From the NCBI GenBank assembly GCA_002321895.1, contig DCMZ01000012.1:5658-69657 (forward strand): a DNA stretch of 64,000 nucleotides. Direction: 5' to 3'. Made by a program: the position numbers and the translations under genes. Below, piece after piece: positions 19,972 to 28,602 of this stretch. Origin of the DNA: Bdellovibrionaceae bacterium UBA1609 (GTDB lineage: Bacteria; Bdellovibrionota; Bdellovibrionia; Bdellovibrionales; UBA1609). Under the pieces are notes generated by a model. It was not told the DNA's origin and searched no databases. It saw nothing but the letters and a program-made list of their open reading frames with translations. The number at the start of each line of letters is the position of its first letter. Within the stretch, counting starts at the first letter, position 1.

Positions 19972-20451
19972 GTGAAATATTTTTCTATTCTTTTTACACT
20001 GCTATTTGTGATTTCCAATTCAGCGTTGGCTGAAAGTTGCTACTCTCCTGGAGAGGAGTATGAATATCCAGGTACAGTGCTCGCAGAGCTTTGCCGTTTA
20101 GATTGGAAGCCTTCGGCTTCTGGTTATAATCTTGGTTTTATGGGGCAGATATGCGCGACTATGGTTTATGAAACTGGAAATGGTTCCATTCAGAAAGTTG
20201 AACGTGATTTATCAGAGGGTAGAAATTCTGCCTGGCTAAAGAAGGCTCTTGTTGAATCATTCGTAATCAACTCTCACGTTGATGCTGAATCCGGAAACGT
20301 GGATTTGGGTTACACTTGGCAATTTATTAAGAGTCTTGCTGAGTCAAGAAACGCTTCCATAGCGAATTTAGCTGAAGGCCTTGTCATTCAATTTCTCTAT
20401 GAGGAACAGTTTGGACACAGTTTTGGTCCGAATTGCTACGGCGAAGAATAG
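19972..20451 (+). CDS. Hypothetical small secreted protein
   Basis: GTG start after GGGAGG. Signal peptide MKYFSILFTLLFVISNSALA, 4 Cys, no family recognised. Confidence 0.5.
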   Translation: MKYFSILFTLLFVISNSALAESCYSPGEEYEYPGTVLAELCRLDWKPSASGYNLGFMGQICATMVYETGNGSIQKVERDLSEGRNSAWLKKALVESFVINSHVDAESGNVDLGYTWQFIKSLAESRNASIANLAEGLVIQFLYEEQFGHSFGPNCYGEE

Positions 20452-20647
20452 TCTCTTATAGGGATAAATTTGAATTATAGGGTCCAACTTTTTGTCATTA
20501 AATAAGAGGTCGACAGTTATTACCAGTTTTATATAAACAGGTTTGAGTTGAGCTGGCACGTATATTGGAATAGTTATTGATACCTGGTTTTAAAAACCTG
20601 GGCCCTGCTAAAAATACCAAAAAGAGTCACATCGATGTGGCTCTTTT

Positions 20648-20875
20648 TTATTTTTGTCCCATCTGGTTTTGACTGATTTGTATGACGTTTATTTTAAGTC
20701 CTTTATCAGGTTCAACGGACATTCTTTTTTCAGGGGTGTCGTTAGAGATCTTTTTCTTAAGCTCTTCATATTGAGCTTCTCGCTTTGCGAGCTCTTGATC
20801 GAAGTTAAGTCCCCACGCGCTAGGTGTAATGAGAGATAATAGGCCTATTATCAAAAGTATCTGCTTCGAGCTCAT
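20648..20875 (-). CDS. Hypothetical small secreted protein
   Basis: ATG 20873-20875 preceded by AAGGAAGG. Signal peptide MSSKQILLIIGLLSLITPSAWG, followed by a charged helical stretch. Confidence 0.4.
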   Translation of the reverse strand: MSSKQILLIIGLLSLITPSAWGLNFDQELAKREAQYEELKKKISNDTPEKRMSVEPDKGLKINVIQISQNQMGQK

Positions 20876-21065
20876 AACCCTTCCTTGGATATTGAACCTC
20901 TTCCTAAGGCTCATCTATTCGACATAAAGAATTCCCACCTAGGTTAATGGGATCCTAAATTTTGCTGGTCATTGCCCAAGAGCTTATGGTTCAGATCTGC
21001 CATCGGCGCGTAGGCCGCTATTGAGTCAGAGAACAGGAGCTTCGTCGAGTATAGACTCAGAGACT

Positions 21066-24000
21066 CTAGTTTGATTTTATTGAATAAGGGTAGTGGTACT
21101 TTTCAAAATAGTAATCTGTAGGAAAGTACTCTTTTCTAGGGTATTCCTGCCACAGGCATTTATTGCCAGGGATGGTGGCTTTTTTAGATGTACCAAAGGT
21201 GAACAGGCTTGAAACATTCACCTCGAGTTTTTGATGGGGTTGAATCACATCTAAATCTTTAACCGGAATCCATCTCAGCCCTTTTAGATGACTATAAGTG
21301 TAGGATTCCTCGTGGGATTCTACGGTTTTCGTAGTTCTCTCTAAGCCAATATTTTCAATGGACACATTGTCTTGTTCACGGATATCTGGAGATGTAACAA
21401 GGTAGAGGTCTAAACTTTTTTTCCTACAGCCAGGAAGTTTTTTGGCGGCCTCTTGTTGAGTACAGTTCCTGCCATGGCCATGTATGGGATCAACAAAGCC
21501 TTCCGTGTATCGGCCAATGATTTCATAGGCTGTTCCAACAGGGTTTTGTAAATCAATAAACAATAGGGGATCAAAATGAGGGGCCGATGATCGCTTTGCG
21601 TGGATCAATGGGATGTTTTTATGAGGTGCATACCAGTACCAATTCGCTTCCCGAGCCTCATTTCTAAATAGCCCCGATTCAAAATTTCTAACAGTAATAC
21701 TATTATCGTTCTCGAAGGCGGCGACGTGGCTGGGATGGTTTCTATAGTCAGAGCGAAATATAGATTTGAAGCGAAAGCGTGGTGGTGAAGGTTGACCTAG
21801 AAGACCAATATGACAATTTAACTCAGAGGGTTCGTAGACACTCTTGATGGATAAATCACCATTTGTATTGATGTAGAACTCTCTCGACTCATTTTCAGAA
21901 ACCGGAACTCTGGCTACAAAGGTATTTCTTCCCGTAGGTTTATTAGCGGGAAAAGGCAGGTAGGGAGTCAGGTAAGTTTCTTTGTAGGAGTTCATCGCCG
22001 GCAAAACATATTGATGAAATTTCTTTTGCTTAAATCCCAATATATCGATGGTGTAATTCAGTTTATGTCCCAATCCAGGTAGTCGTCTCTGGTAGTCTTC
22101 AACACTTTCTTCTTGGGGGTAAAGTGAGTTTTCATCATTAAATTTTCCCACATGATAAAATGTCTGTGGATAGTGGTCAGAAATTCTGACGTCTGCCTGA
22201 TTGTAACCTGAAGCTTGAACATAAAATTTGTCGGGTAGGACCCGCTGGTCAAAAATATCTGGGTTCTCAGGTTCTATTTTTACATTTTCGGGGTTTATAA
22301 AAAACCTTCGATGATATCCAATCGGGGAGATGACCTTTATCTCGGAGGTGAAGTTTTGCAACTTCTCAATTAATTTATCTTTGATGGTACTCGTAATATT
22401 GGCGATTTTATCGATGCCTAGGTTTTTTCTAAAAATGTTTATCAAGGTTAAGTAGACAGGGTGGTCTTGATGATTGTTATAGTTTACATCGGCCATTCCA
22501 ATGGCTTTGGGGCCAAGGGGTACATGACCTGTGGGCACAGGAATATATTCTGTAGTGAGATCTGTGAGTCCTTCCAGTGGCTCACCACCTGGGATCGGAT
22601 TATCTAAACTATAAATGAAATCTAGACGTGCTTCGGGGGCTCCCACTATGACGTCATTCTCGTAAATGCCGGGAGCTGAAAGGTCCGAGGATGTCTTTTC
22701 CGTTTGATTCAGTTCAGTGCTTTCAATGATTCGATTCAGTTCATTGATACGTTGTGTGTATTTGGCATTGAATTGGGGGAATTTCCAGGCCTCCGTTGCA
22801 TTGGCCGCATCGTTAATTCGCTTTTTCTCATCGATGGCTTGTTTTCGGACTTCTTTTTCTACGTCGAGTTGGTTAATGATTCCCGCTACATTATAGACGC
22901 GCAAATTATCAGGGACTTGTTTGTTGAATTTCACATGTGGGCCCCAGTCTTCTGGGCCCATAATGAAGTCTCCCGTACGGGTATCGATCATTCGGTTGCG
23001 TTGTAATATTAAATTTCTCTGCCAGGAGAGTCCTGAGCTGCCAATGGCTAGCCGATACACTTGCCGAATGGGGAATGGAATATTGAGGCCGGCGAAGCTG
23101 GCCAAGACTAGGCCCCCTTGGAGCAAGTTTAATGAGGTGGCTATTCCATTTTCTGGATCAGCATCCATTTTTAGAAACATTTCCTGTCCATAGTTGGCAG
23201 TGGGTGAGCCCCAGAAGGGACTGCCCAAGCTGATCAAGTTACTAAAGTTTTTAGGTGTACCAGCATTTTTTTTAAGGTGGATGTTTTTGTAGAGTTCCGT
23301 GGCTTCATATTTTTCAGCCACTTCAAGTGCATCTTCTTTTCCACTTTGCATATTTTCAACGGTGAGTTCTTTACTCAGTCGATCTTCGAATACCGACAGC
23401 GCGCCTTCATAGTTACAGAACGCCGTTGGGCCTTCCGTATCTTTGCTGTAGCAAGAGTTTAAAAATGAAGCCATTGTAAGGCCGCCCTGGGAGTGAACAA
23501 TAACGCTGTAGCTGGTATCTAAATTGGTAATGTCAGTGGCACATCGGGGCAGGTCATCAAAATAACTCGCACATTTTCTAATATGGTTTTTAGTAAAAAG
23601 ACCGGAGTCTCCTCGGGTGAGACATTTTTTATAATCGTGAATTAAGATTTCTTTTTCGGGATGGTTGGCTTGGCAAGTTTTAAGGTCATCCAATCCCGAT
23701 TCGACTAAAAAACTGATGATCTTCGCATTTATGATTTGAGCAAAATGATAGGGGTGTAGATCTCTAGATGTGAGGTAGTCCCAAGGGTTCTGACCGTTTG
23801 TTACAGTGGGATAAGTTAAGTTTTTAAATCTCAAACTACGATAGGGGCCGAGATCTCGTTTTAAAATGTTTTCCATGTGTCCAAAAGTGGATTCGGCGCC
23901 CAACAGACCATGTACAAAGAAGACCGCATGGGGTTTAGGATTGAATGAGTCATCTCGACGAATAAGAAACTCGGCATACCCATCAGCTTTCTCTCCTGTG

Positions 24001-24191
24001 GGAGTTGGGGCAAAATAGGTGAGGGGGTTGCCGGTCGTTAGGGGGACCCCTGCCGCGACATCGGTGACAGAATTTTTGTCCCGATAACCCAAGAACTCAT
24101 CTTCTTGTTGTGCTCCAAATAGAAAAAGTGGTGCCGCGAGTGTTAGGATCACTGCACTCAAATGTATTTTTTTTAGAAACACGTATCTCAT
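21066..24191 (-). CDS. Large secreted protein with N-terminal alpha/beta-hydrolase lipase domain
   Basis: Signal peptide MRYVFLKKIHLSAVILTLAAPLFLFGA. Oxyanion-hole motif FFVHGLLG and nucleophile elbow VHSQGG, as in GHSQGG of family I bacterial lipases. About 700 C-terminal residues are unassigned. Confidence 0.7.
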   Translation of the reverse strand: MRYVFLKKIHLSAVILTLAAPLFLFGAQQEDEFLGYRDKNSVTDVAAGVPLTTGNPLTYFAPTPTGEKADGYAEFLIRRDDSFNPKPHAVFFVHGLLGAESTFGHMENILKRDLGPYRSLRFKNLTYPTVTNGQNPWDYLTSRDLHPYHFAQIINAKIISFLVESGLDDLKTCQANHPEKEILIHDYKKCLTRGDSGLFTKNHIRKCASYFDDLPRCATDITNLDTSYSVIVHSQGGLTMASFLNSCYSKDTEGPTAFCNYEGALSVFEDRLSKELTVENMQSGKEDALEVAEKYEATELYKNIHLKKNAGTPKNFSNLISLGSPFWGSPTANYGQEMFLKMDADPENGIATSLNLLQGGLVLASFAGLNIPFPIRQVYRLAIGSSGLSWQRNLILQRNRMIDTRTGDFIMGPEDWGPHVKFNKQVPDNLRVYNVAGIINQLDVEKEVRKQAIDEKKRINDAANATEAWKFPQFNAKYTQRINELNRIIESTELNQTEKTSSDLSAPGIYENDVIVGAPEARLDFIYSLDNPIPGGEPLEGLTDLTTEYIPVPTGHVPLGPKAIGMADVNYNNHQDHPVYLTLINIFRKNLGIDKIANITSTIKDKLIEKLQNFTSEIKVISPIGYHRRFFINPENVKIEPENPDIFDQRVLPDKFYVQASGYNQADVRISDHYPQTFYHVGKFNDENSLYPQEESVEDYQRRLPGLGHKLNYTIDILGFKQKKFHQYVLPAMNSYKETYLTPYLPFPANKPTGRNTFVARVPVSENESREFYINTNGDLSIKSVYEPSELNCHIGLLGQPSPPRFRFKSIFRSDYRNHPSHVAAFENDNSITVRNFESGLFRNEAREANWYWYAPHKNIPLIHAKRSSAPHFDPLLFIDLQNPVGTAYEIIGRYTEGFVDPIHGHGRNCTQQEAAKKLPGCRKKSLDLYLVTSPDIREQDNVSIENIGLERTTKTVESHEESYTYSHLKGLRWIPVKDLDVIQPHQKLEVNVSSLFTFGTSKKATIPGNKCLWQEYPRKEYFPTDYYFEKYHYPYSIKSN

Positions 24192-24310
24192 CCGCGGGTT
24201 AAATGGGTTTGGGCTATTCACGCTAATAGATGGCAATATTGATGCCATCTATACAGCCTTGAGCCCAATTTTTGTGCTTTGAATTGAGTCTCTGCTCTGC
24301 CCGTGCTGCA

Positions 24311-25099
24311 ATGGATTTGGGGAGAGGGACGTTGCCAAAGAAAAGACGAAAAAAAGTGAAAAAATCAATAGTTTGGCGATTGATTTTATTGGGCAGAAAA
24401 AACATTTGGCTCACACTGTTGTTTTTAATTTTCGCTGGGAATTTCTCCTATCAGGTGGCTCTGAAACCGACAGAGATCTTAAGTCTAGTTGCGAGCAATG
24501 CTATTTATACTCCCAGTACCACTTGGTCCAAATATGGCGATGAGTTTGTGGAAAATAGAACTCAATATATCTCACCCTATTTGTTGGCTTCATTTGCTCA
24601 GGTAGAGAGTGGAGGTAACCCCTGGGTGAGTCCTGGGTGGGTATTTAATTGGCGTCGGCCCATTCACAGAATCTATGCCCCCGCCTCTTCTTCGGTGGGA
24701 TTAATGCAGTTCACGGAAGGCACCTATCAAAGAGCCAGAAAGCTGTGTGTTCACAAAGGACAGGTTTTCGAAGACGGCCCCTGGTACGATTTCAAGAGTT
24801 GCTGGGGGAACTTTCTCTATCATCGCGTATGGCCAGGACATGCCATCGAAATGACTTCCGCCTATTTACATCGCTCCGTAGAATCCTTGGTGCGGCGTTT
24901 TCCTCAGTATAATTTTAGTTCGGAGAATGTTCGTAAGGTGGCTGCGGTGACCCATTTGTGTGGGATTGGCGTTGCAAAGAGAGTGATCCGACAGCGCTTT
25001 AAAATCACTTCAGATCAAACCTGTGGCTCACACAATCTATCCCGCTATGTGGATAAAATCAGTCGACTCTCTAAAACCTTTCGACGGCTTCATAAATAG
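24311..25099 (+). CDS. Membrane-anchored lytic transglycosylase domain protein (SLT family)
   Basis: Basic N-terminus and TM (IWLTLLFLIFAGNF). FAQVESGGNPWV...SSSVGLMQFTEGTYQ matches the ES...GLMQ...Y SLT catalytic pattern. Start uncertain (24272 TTG or 24311 ATG). Confidence 0.7.
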   Translation: MDLGRGTLPKKRRKKVKKSIVWRLILLGRKNIWLTLLFLIFAGNFSYQVALKPTEILSLVASNAIYTPSTTWSKYGDEFVENRTQYISPYLLASFAQVESGGNPWVSPGWVFNWRRPIHRIYAPASSSVGLMQFTEGTYQRARKLCVHKGQVFEDGPWYDFKSCWGNFLYHRVWPGHAIEMTSAYLHRSVESLVRRFPQYNFSSENVRKVAAVTHLCGIGVAKRVIRQRFKITSDQTCGSHNLSRYVDKISRLSKTFRRLHK

Positions 25100-25163
25100 A
25101 TCCAAGGTTGATTTTTCCAACTCAAGTCAGTAGTTTCATGGAGAGCTTGGTTTGGGGGGGATT

Positions 25164-25688
25164 ATGAAAGCATTTTTTCTATTTTTGGTATCATTTATGG
25201 CGCTACCTAGTTTAGCCATGAAATCTCAGATTAAAATGGAGCGCCCAAAGGCCGTATTTATTAAAACCACCGAGGGGTTGCATGCACCTTTAGATTTAAA
25301 GCAGCGGAAAATTCAGTTTTCAAAGCAAGATGTAGAGAAATGCCGGAATCGGTTAGTCCGTAAAAGTGGAACTTTGCATTTCACCTGTACCTTGAGTTTA
25401 CCTGTATTGAGCGAAATTTCTCGGCTCAAAGAGCAAATAAGTCCAGAAGCTTTCAAGGTGACCTATGGGGATCGGCCGCGTTGGGTGAAGATGTTGGTTG
25501 CCAAAAATGCTCGTGAAGTGACTCTTGAGACCGCCTTTAATTCTAAGGGGCTCGACATCGATAAGATCAACAACAGCGATTTCTTTTTTACCTATGAACA
25601 ATCAGCCATGGTCTATTTTTCCAACGTATTGCAGGCAACTCCTCTGCATATCCAAGTTTTAGAAGGCCGGAGTAGAGCTAGACCTTAG
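25164..25688 (+). CDS. Hypothetical secreted protein
   Basis: ATG after GGGGGGA. Signal peptide MKAFFLFLVSFMALPSLA. No family recognised. Confidence 0.5.
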   Translation: MKAFFLFLVSFMALPSLAMKSQIKMERPKAVFIKTTEGLHAPLDLKQRKIQFSKQDVEKCRNRLVRKSGTLHFTCTLSLPVLSEISRLKEQISPEAFKVTYGDRPRWVKMLVAKNAREVTLETAFNSKGLDIDKINNSDFFFTYEQSAMVYFSNVLQATPLHIQVLEGRSRARP

Positions 25689-25763
25689 TCTGTATTTGTA
25701 CCTTACGTTGTCCCACCCTAGGGCTATGCTAAACTGTTTGGCATCCAAAGGGAGGCGCGTAGA

Positions 25764-26321
25764 ATGGCTGCCAGTACTCATGCTGAACCAAAACATCTTG
25801 TATTTCAAAAAGTCGGAATTTTTGTAGATGCCGAAAATATTGAAATGTCTTCGTTGAACAAGCACGGCGGACGAACGGATTATAAAAAGCTTCTCGATCA
25901 TGTTGGAGATAGAGAAGTCATTCGAATCCTCTATTACAAACCCTCCTACAAAGATATTTCTAAAACTTTCGAATCATTTTGGTTGGGCCTTGGTGGAGAG
26001 TTTCGTCAACCTGAGAAAAACGCGGATAGCTTTCTCATAGTAGATGCGGTGACCATGGCGGATCGAATGGACGTGGCGATTTTAATGGGAGGGGACAAAG
26101 ATTACCTACCATTGATTTGGTACCTCCGTTCTAGAGGTTGTCGAGTGGAAATTTGGTCTTGGCCAGAGACTACCAGTGATCAGGTGAAAGAAGCTGCAGA
26201 CGTTTATGTACCAATGACTACGGATTTCATTATAGCCGACAGCAATAATAAAAAGCGAAACTCCAATAACAGAAAAAAGACGACAAAAAAAAGAACCACT
26301 AAAAAGGCCTCTTCAAAATAG
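25764..26321 (+). CDS. NYN/LabA-like (PIN-fold) nuclease-domain protein with polybasic tail
   Basis: VGIFVDAENI...DVAILMGGDKDYLPLIWYLRSRGCRVEIW matches the NYN (LabA/DUF88) acidic-residue pattern. C-terminus is NNKKRNSNNRKKTTKKRTTKKASSK. Confidence 0.65.
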   Translation: MAASTHAEPKHLVFQKVGIFVDAENIEMSSLNKHGGRTDYKKLLDHVGDREVIRILYYKPSYKDISKTFESFWLGLGGEFRQPEKNADSFLIVDAVTMADRMDVAILMGGDKDYLPLIWYLRSRGCRVEIWSWPETTSDQVKEAADVYVPMTTDFIIADSNNKKRNSNNRKKTTKKRTTKKASSK

Positions 26322-26339
26322 AGAGGCATTCTTACTGTT

Positions 26340-27317
26340 TTAAAGCTCTGTCATCCAGTCTCGTAAGAGTTTGAGAGCCTCAGGGTCCACCAATTCTATT
26401 CCGGATAGAATCGAAGAGGGCATATTTCCAGTCTCTACATTGCAATACACTGCAGAGGCATTGTCTATGTCTGAGCAGTTAGTGGATTTTTGTAAATCCG
26501 TACCAGCGGTTTGTATAACATTTGTGTTTTCAATATTAGGTGTGGAAAAACTGTAGTTAAAACGGTAGTCGGTTTGATCGGCACATTGTCCATTGTCTCG
26601 ATGGCAAGTTCCGCAATTCACATGTAAATAACCCAAAGCTTTTTGGGCCGCTTCGGAGCCAACAATCTCCAGATCGTCCACTTCATGGGTAAAAAGTTTT
26701 TGTGTGTAAAGTCTATTTAGAAGTCGGTCCACACCTTCAAATTGAGATAGCTGCAGTCGATTGAATCCCAGCACAGGTTCCTCTCCGACGTTGGGGTTAT
26801 GGCAACCTGTGCATTTGCTCGTCGCAGGAATGGTATGCCCCGTTCCTAATGCATTGAAAACGTCGTTAGTGACAAGTTCAGCTCGATTCTGTTCTGCATT
26901 CCAAAGGTAGGTTGAAAAGCGCCATTCACTGTCATTGATTTTTTCCATCTGCCGGGTTTCTACAGTTAGATTGTCCCGACTAAAATTTTTGTAAAAGATA
27001 GTTCCCGCAGGGAACCTCCAGTTATTTGGGTCACTGGTATCAACATATTCTCCCGGAGGAAGATACATATTTCGGATTTTGAAAGCATCATCAGTCCACA
27101 GAGAATATTTTGGGATATAGGGGATGAGCTGTTTGCCAGCTTGAGAAAAACAGGAGTCTAAAAGATATTGATCAGGACTCTCTGGTATCTTACAGGACTT
27201 ACTCAAGAGGTCCTTCGAGACTCCTTCAAAACCATCACTCCAGTTTTGGAAGAGCAATAGCCCGGAGGCGATGAGAGTAAAAATGGCGCTCGCCAGCCAT
27301 GCGGATTTATGTCCCAT
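26340..27317 (-). CDS. Membrane-anchored/secreted protein with two CxxCH heme-binding motifs
   Basis: N-terminal TM/signal WLASAIFTLIASGLLLF. CTGCH and CGTCH motifs about 65 residues apart. No specific cytochrome family recognised. Confidence 0.55.
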   Translation of the reverse strand: MGHKSAWLASAIFTLIASGLLLFQNWSDGFEGVSKDLLSKSCKIPESPDQYLLDSCFSQAGKQLIPYIPKYSLWTDDAFKIRNMYLPPGEYVDTSDPNNWRFPAGTIFYKNFSRDNLTVETRQMEKINDSEWRFSTYLWNAEQNRAELVTNDVFNALGTGHTIPATSKCTGCHNPNVGEEPVLGFNRLQLSQFEGVDRLLNRLYTQKLFTHEVDDLEIVGSEAAQKALGYLHVNCGTCHRDNGQCADQTDYRFNYSFSTPNIENTNVIQTAGTDLQKSTNCSDIDNASAVYCNVETGNMPSSILSGIELVDPEALKLLRDWMTEL

Positions 27318-27380
27318 ACTGACTCATCGGTACTTATCTGAGTCAGATTCAATTTAATTTATTACAGGTGAGTGAAAATC

Positions 27381-27457
27381 TGGCGCAGCCGGGAAGACTC
27401 GAACTCCCAACCCCCTGGTCCGAAGCCAGGTGCTCTATCCAATTGAGCTACGGCTGC
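27381..27457 (-). tRNA. tRNA-Arg (anticodon UCG)
   Basis: Reverse strand reads GCAGCCGTAGCTCAATTGGATAGAGCACCTGGCTTCGGACCAGGGGGTTGGGAGTTCGAGTCTTCCCGGCTGCGCCA. Cloverleaf has a 7-bp acceptor stem, anticodon loop CTTCGGA, GTTCGAG T-loop and encoded CCA. Confidence 0.9.
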
Positions 27458-27519
27458 ATCCTAATGGAAGGACTGAAGGTAAGTGAAAACCGGTGTCGAG
27501 GCAACGCTTATGCGTCGCG

Positions 27520-27900
27520 CTAGGATTTTGTATGCTTTGCCGTAACCACGGTTTTTATGTTTCCACGGACATTGAAATCACCTTCGACTTCAATCTCGTG
27601 GGGATCCAAGAGGTCCACGAGATCTCCGAGAATGTTGTTAGTCACGTCTTCGTGAAACACCTTCTCATTTCGAAATTTGTTGATATAGAGCTTCAAAGAC
27701 TTCAATTCCACGCACCACTTATCTGGAACATATTTAATATTGATTGTGGCAAAATCGGGAAACCCGCTCCGTGGACAAATACAGGTGAATTCGGGACAAC
27801 TAAAGGAAACCGTATATCGCCTCACTTGGGTTCGGTTTTCAAACCGCTCCAATTGGTTTTCTTCAATTGCTTTCTCTCCATACAGCTTTTCATCTGCCAT
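27520..27900 (-). CDS. queF: NADPH-dependent 7-cyano-7-deazaguanine (preQ0) reductase QueF, type I
   Basis: CPEFTCICPRSGFPDFATINIKYVP...ELKSLKLYINKFRNEKVFHE matches the QueF catalytic Cys and QueF motif. The ATG at 27898-27900 is preferred over the GTG at 27904-27906. Confidence 0.9.
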   Translation of the reverse strand: MADEKLYGEKAIEENQLERFENRTQVRRYTVSFSCPEFTCICPRSGFPDFATINIKYVPDKWCVELKSLKLYINKFRNEKVFHEDVTNNILGDLVDLLDPHEIEVEGDFNVRGNIKTVVTAKHTKS

Positions 27901-28062
27901 AGTCACCTATCCTTTTTTGCAGACCATCGGGTATCACTATCTTAAGGCGGTGTCCAGGCCAACAGGCTAGATAGGCTTGCTTTTCATGGCCTCCAGGCGT
28001 ATTCTTCCGCAGATGTCCCATTCATCAGCATCATAGAGGTTCTCTTGTTTAAACAGTTTTCA

Positions 28063-28581
28063 ATGTATTTGGGTTTTTTAATTTTATTGATGGTTTTTTC
28101 GGCCTGTACCAGCGAGCAAAAAATCGTTTGCGACCAAAGGGATTGGTACGAACTGGGTCGGCAGGATGGCTTGCTAGGACATAGGGACAATTTTAGCGGT
28201 GTTGAACGTCGCCCGGCTTGTGAGCAGTCCGAAGTGATTTCAGATGTAAACCGCTATAATAGTGGCCATGCCGCAGGACTGATTGCCTTTTGTACCTCTA
28301 GTAATGGTTTTGAATTAGGGTTCTCAGGTGAGCCCTTCACCGATATTTGCCCGCAAGGCCTTGCTGATCGATTTCAACAGGCGTTCCGCTTAGGGGAAAG
28401 AGCAAGAGAGCTATCGAATGATTCTAGACAGTTGGAGAGTCAGATTCTTTCTACGGAGCAGGAAATCCTTCAGCGAACACAACAGCAGGAAATTGCCGCG
28501 CTTCAGAGAAGACTTGAAGAACTGCAAACCCTTCGCTCTTCTAAGTTAGAGCAGATCACTCGATTGCGAAAATCACTATAA
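28063..28581 (+). CDS. Putative lipoprotein (DUF2799-like) with C-terminal coiled coil
   Basis: MYLGFLILLMVFSAC is a possible lipobox. The CDQRDWYELGRQDGLLG pattern resembles DUF2799 as I recall it. C-terminal heptad-like QQQEIAALQRRLEELQTL. Confidence 0.45.
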   Translation: MYLGFLILLMVFSACTSEQKIVCDQRDWYELGRQDGLLGHRDNFSGVERRPACEQSEVISDVNRYNSGHAAGLIAFCTSSNGFELGFSGEPFTDICPQGLADRFQQAFRLGERARELSNDSRQLESQILSTEQEILQRTQQQEIAALQRRLEELQTLRSSKLEQITRLRKSL

Positions 28582-28602
28582 ATTTTTAGGTTTTACTTCC
28601 GT

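Noticed and set aside
20554-20569. Sigma-54-like TGGCAC-GTATA-TTGGA on the plus strand.
   Set aside because: The -12 element is TTGG rather than TTGC, and no plus-strand gene lies downstream. The next gene is on the opposite strand, after a bidirectional terminator at about 20620-20648.
27318-27519. Checked both tRNA genes (27381-27457 and 57162-57248) for adjacent integrases, attachment-site direct repeats or other mobile-element signatures.
   Set aside because: No integrase, recombinase or transposase-like ORF and no duplicated tRNA 3' segment are visible within the window.
27907-28062. Possible preQ1 riboswitch near queF. AGAGGTTC, the core of preQ1-I aptamers, occurs at about 28035-28042, and an A-rich CAAAAAAGGA lies just upstream of queF on the reverse strand.
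   Set aside because: AGAGGTTC is on the strand opposite to queF and lacks the complementary CCCTCT and A-rich tail. The queF-strand leader has the A-rich/SD tail, but I could not find a 5-bp P1 stem. Needs Infernal (RF00522) to settle.
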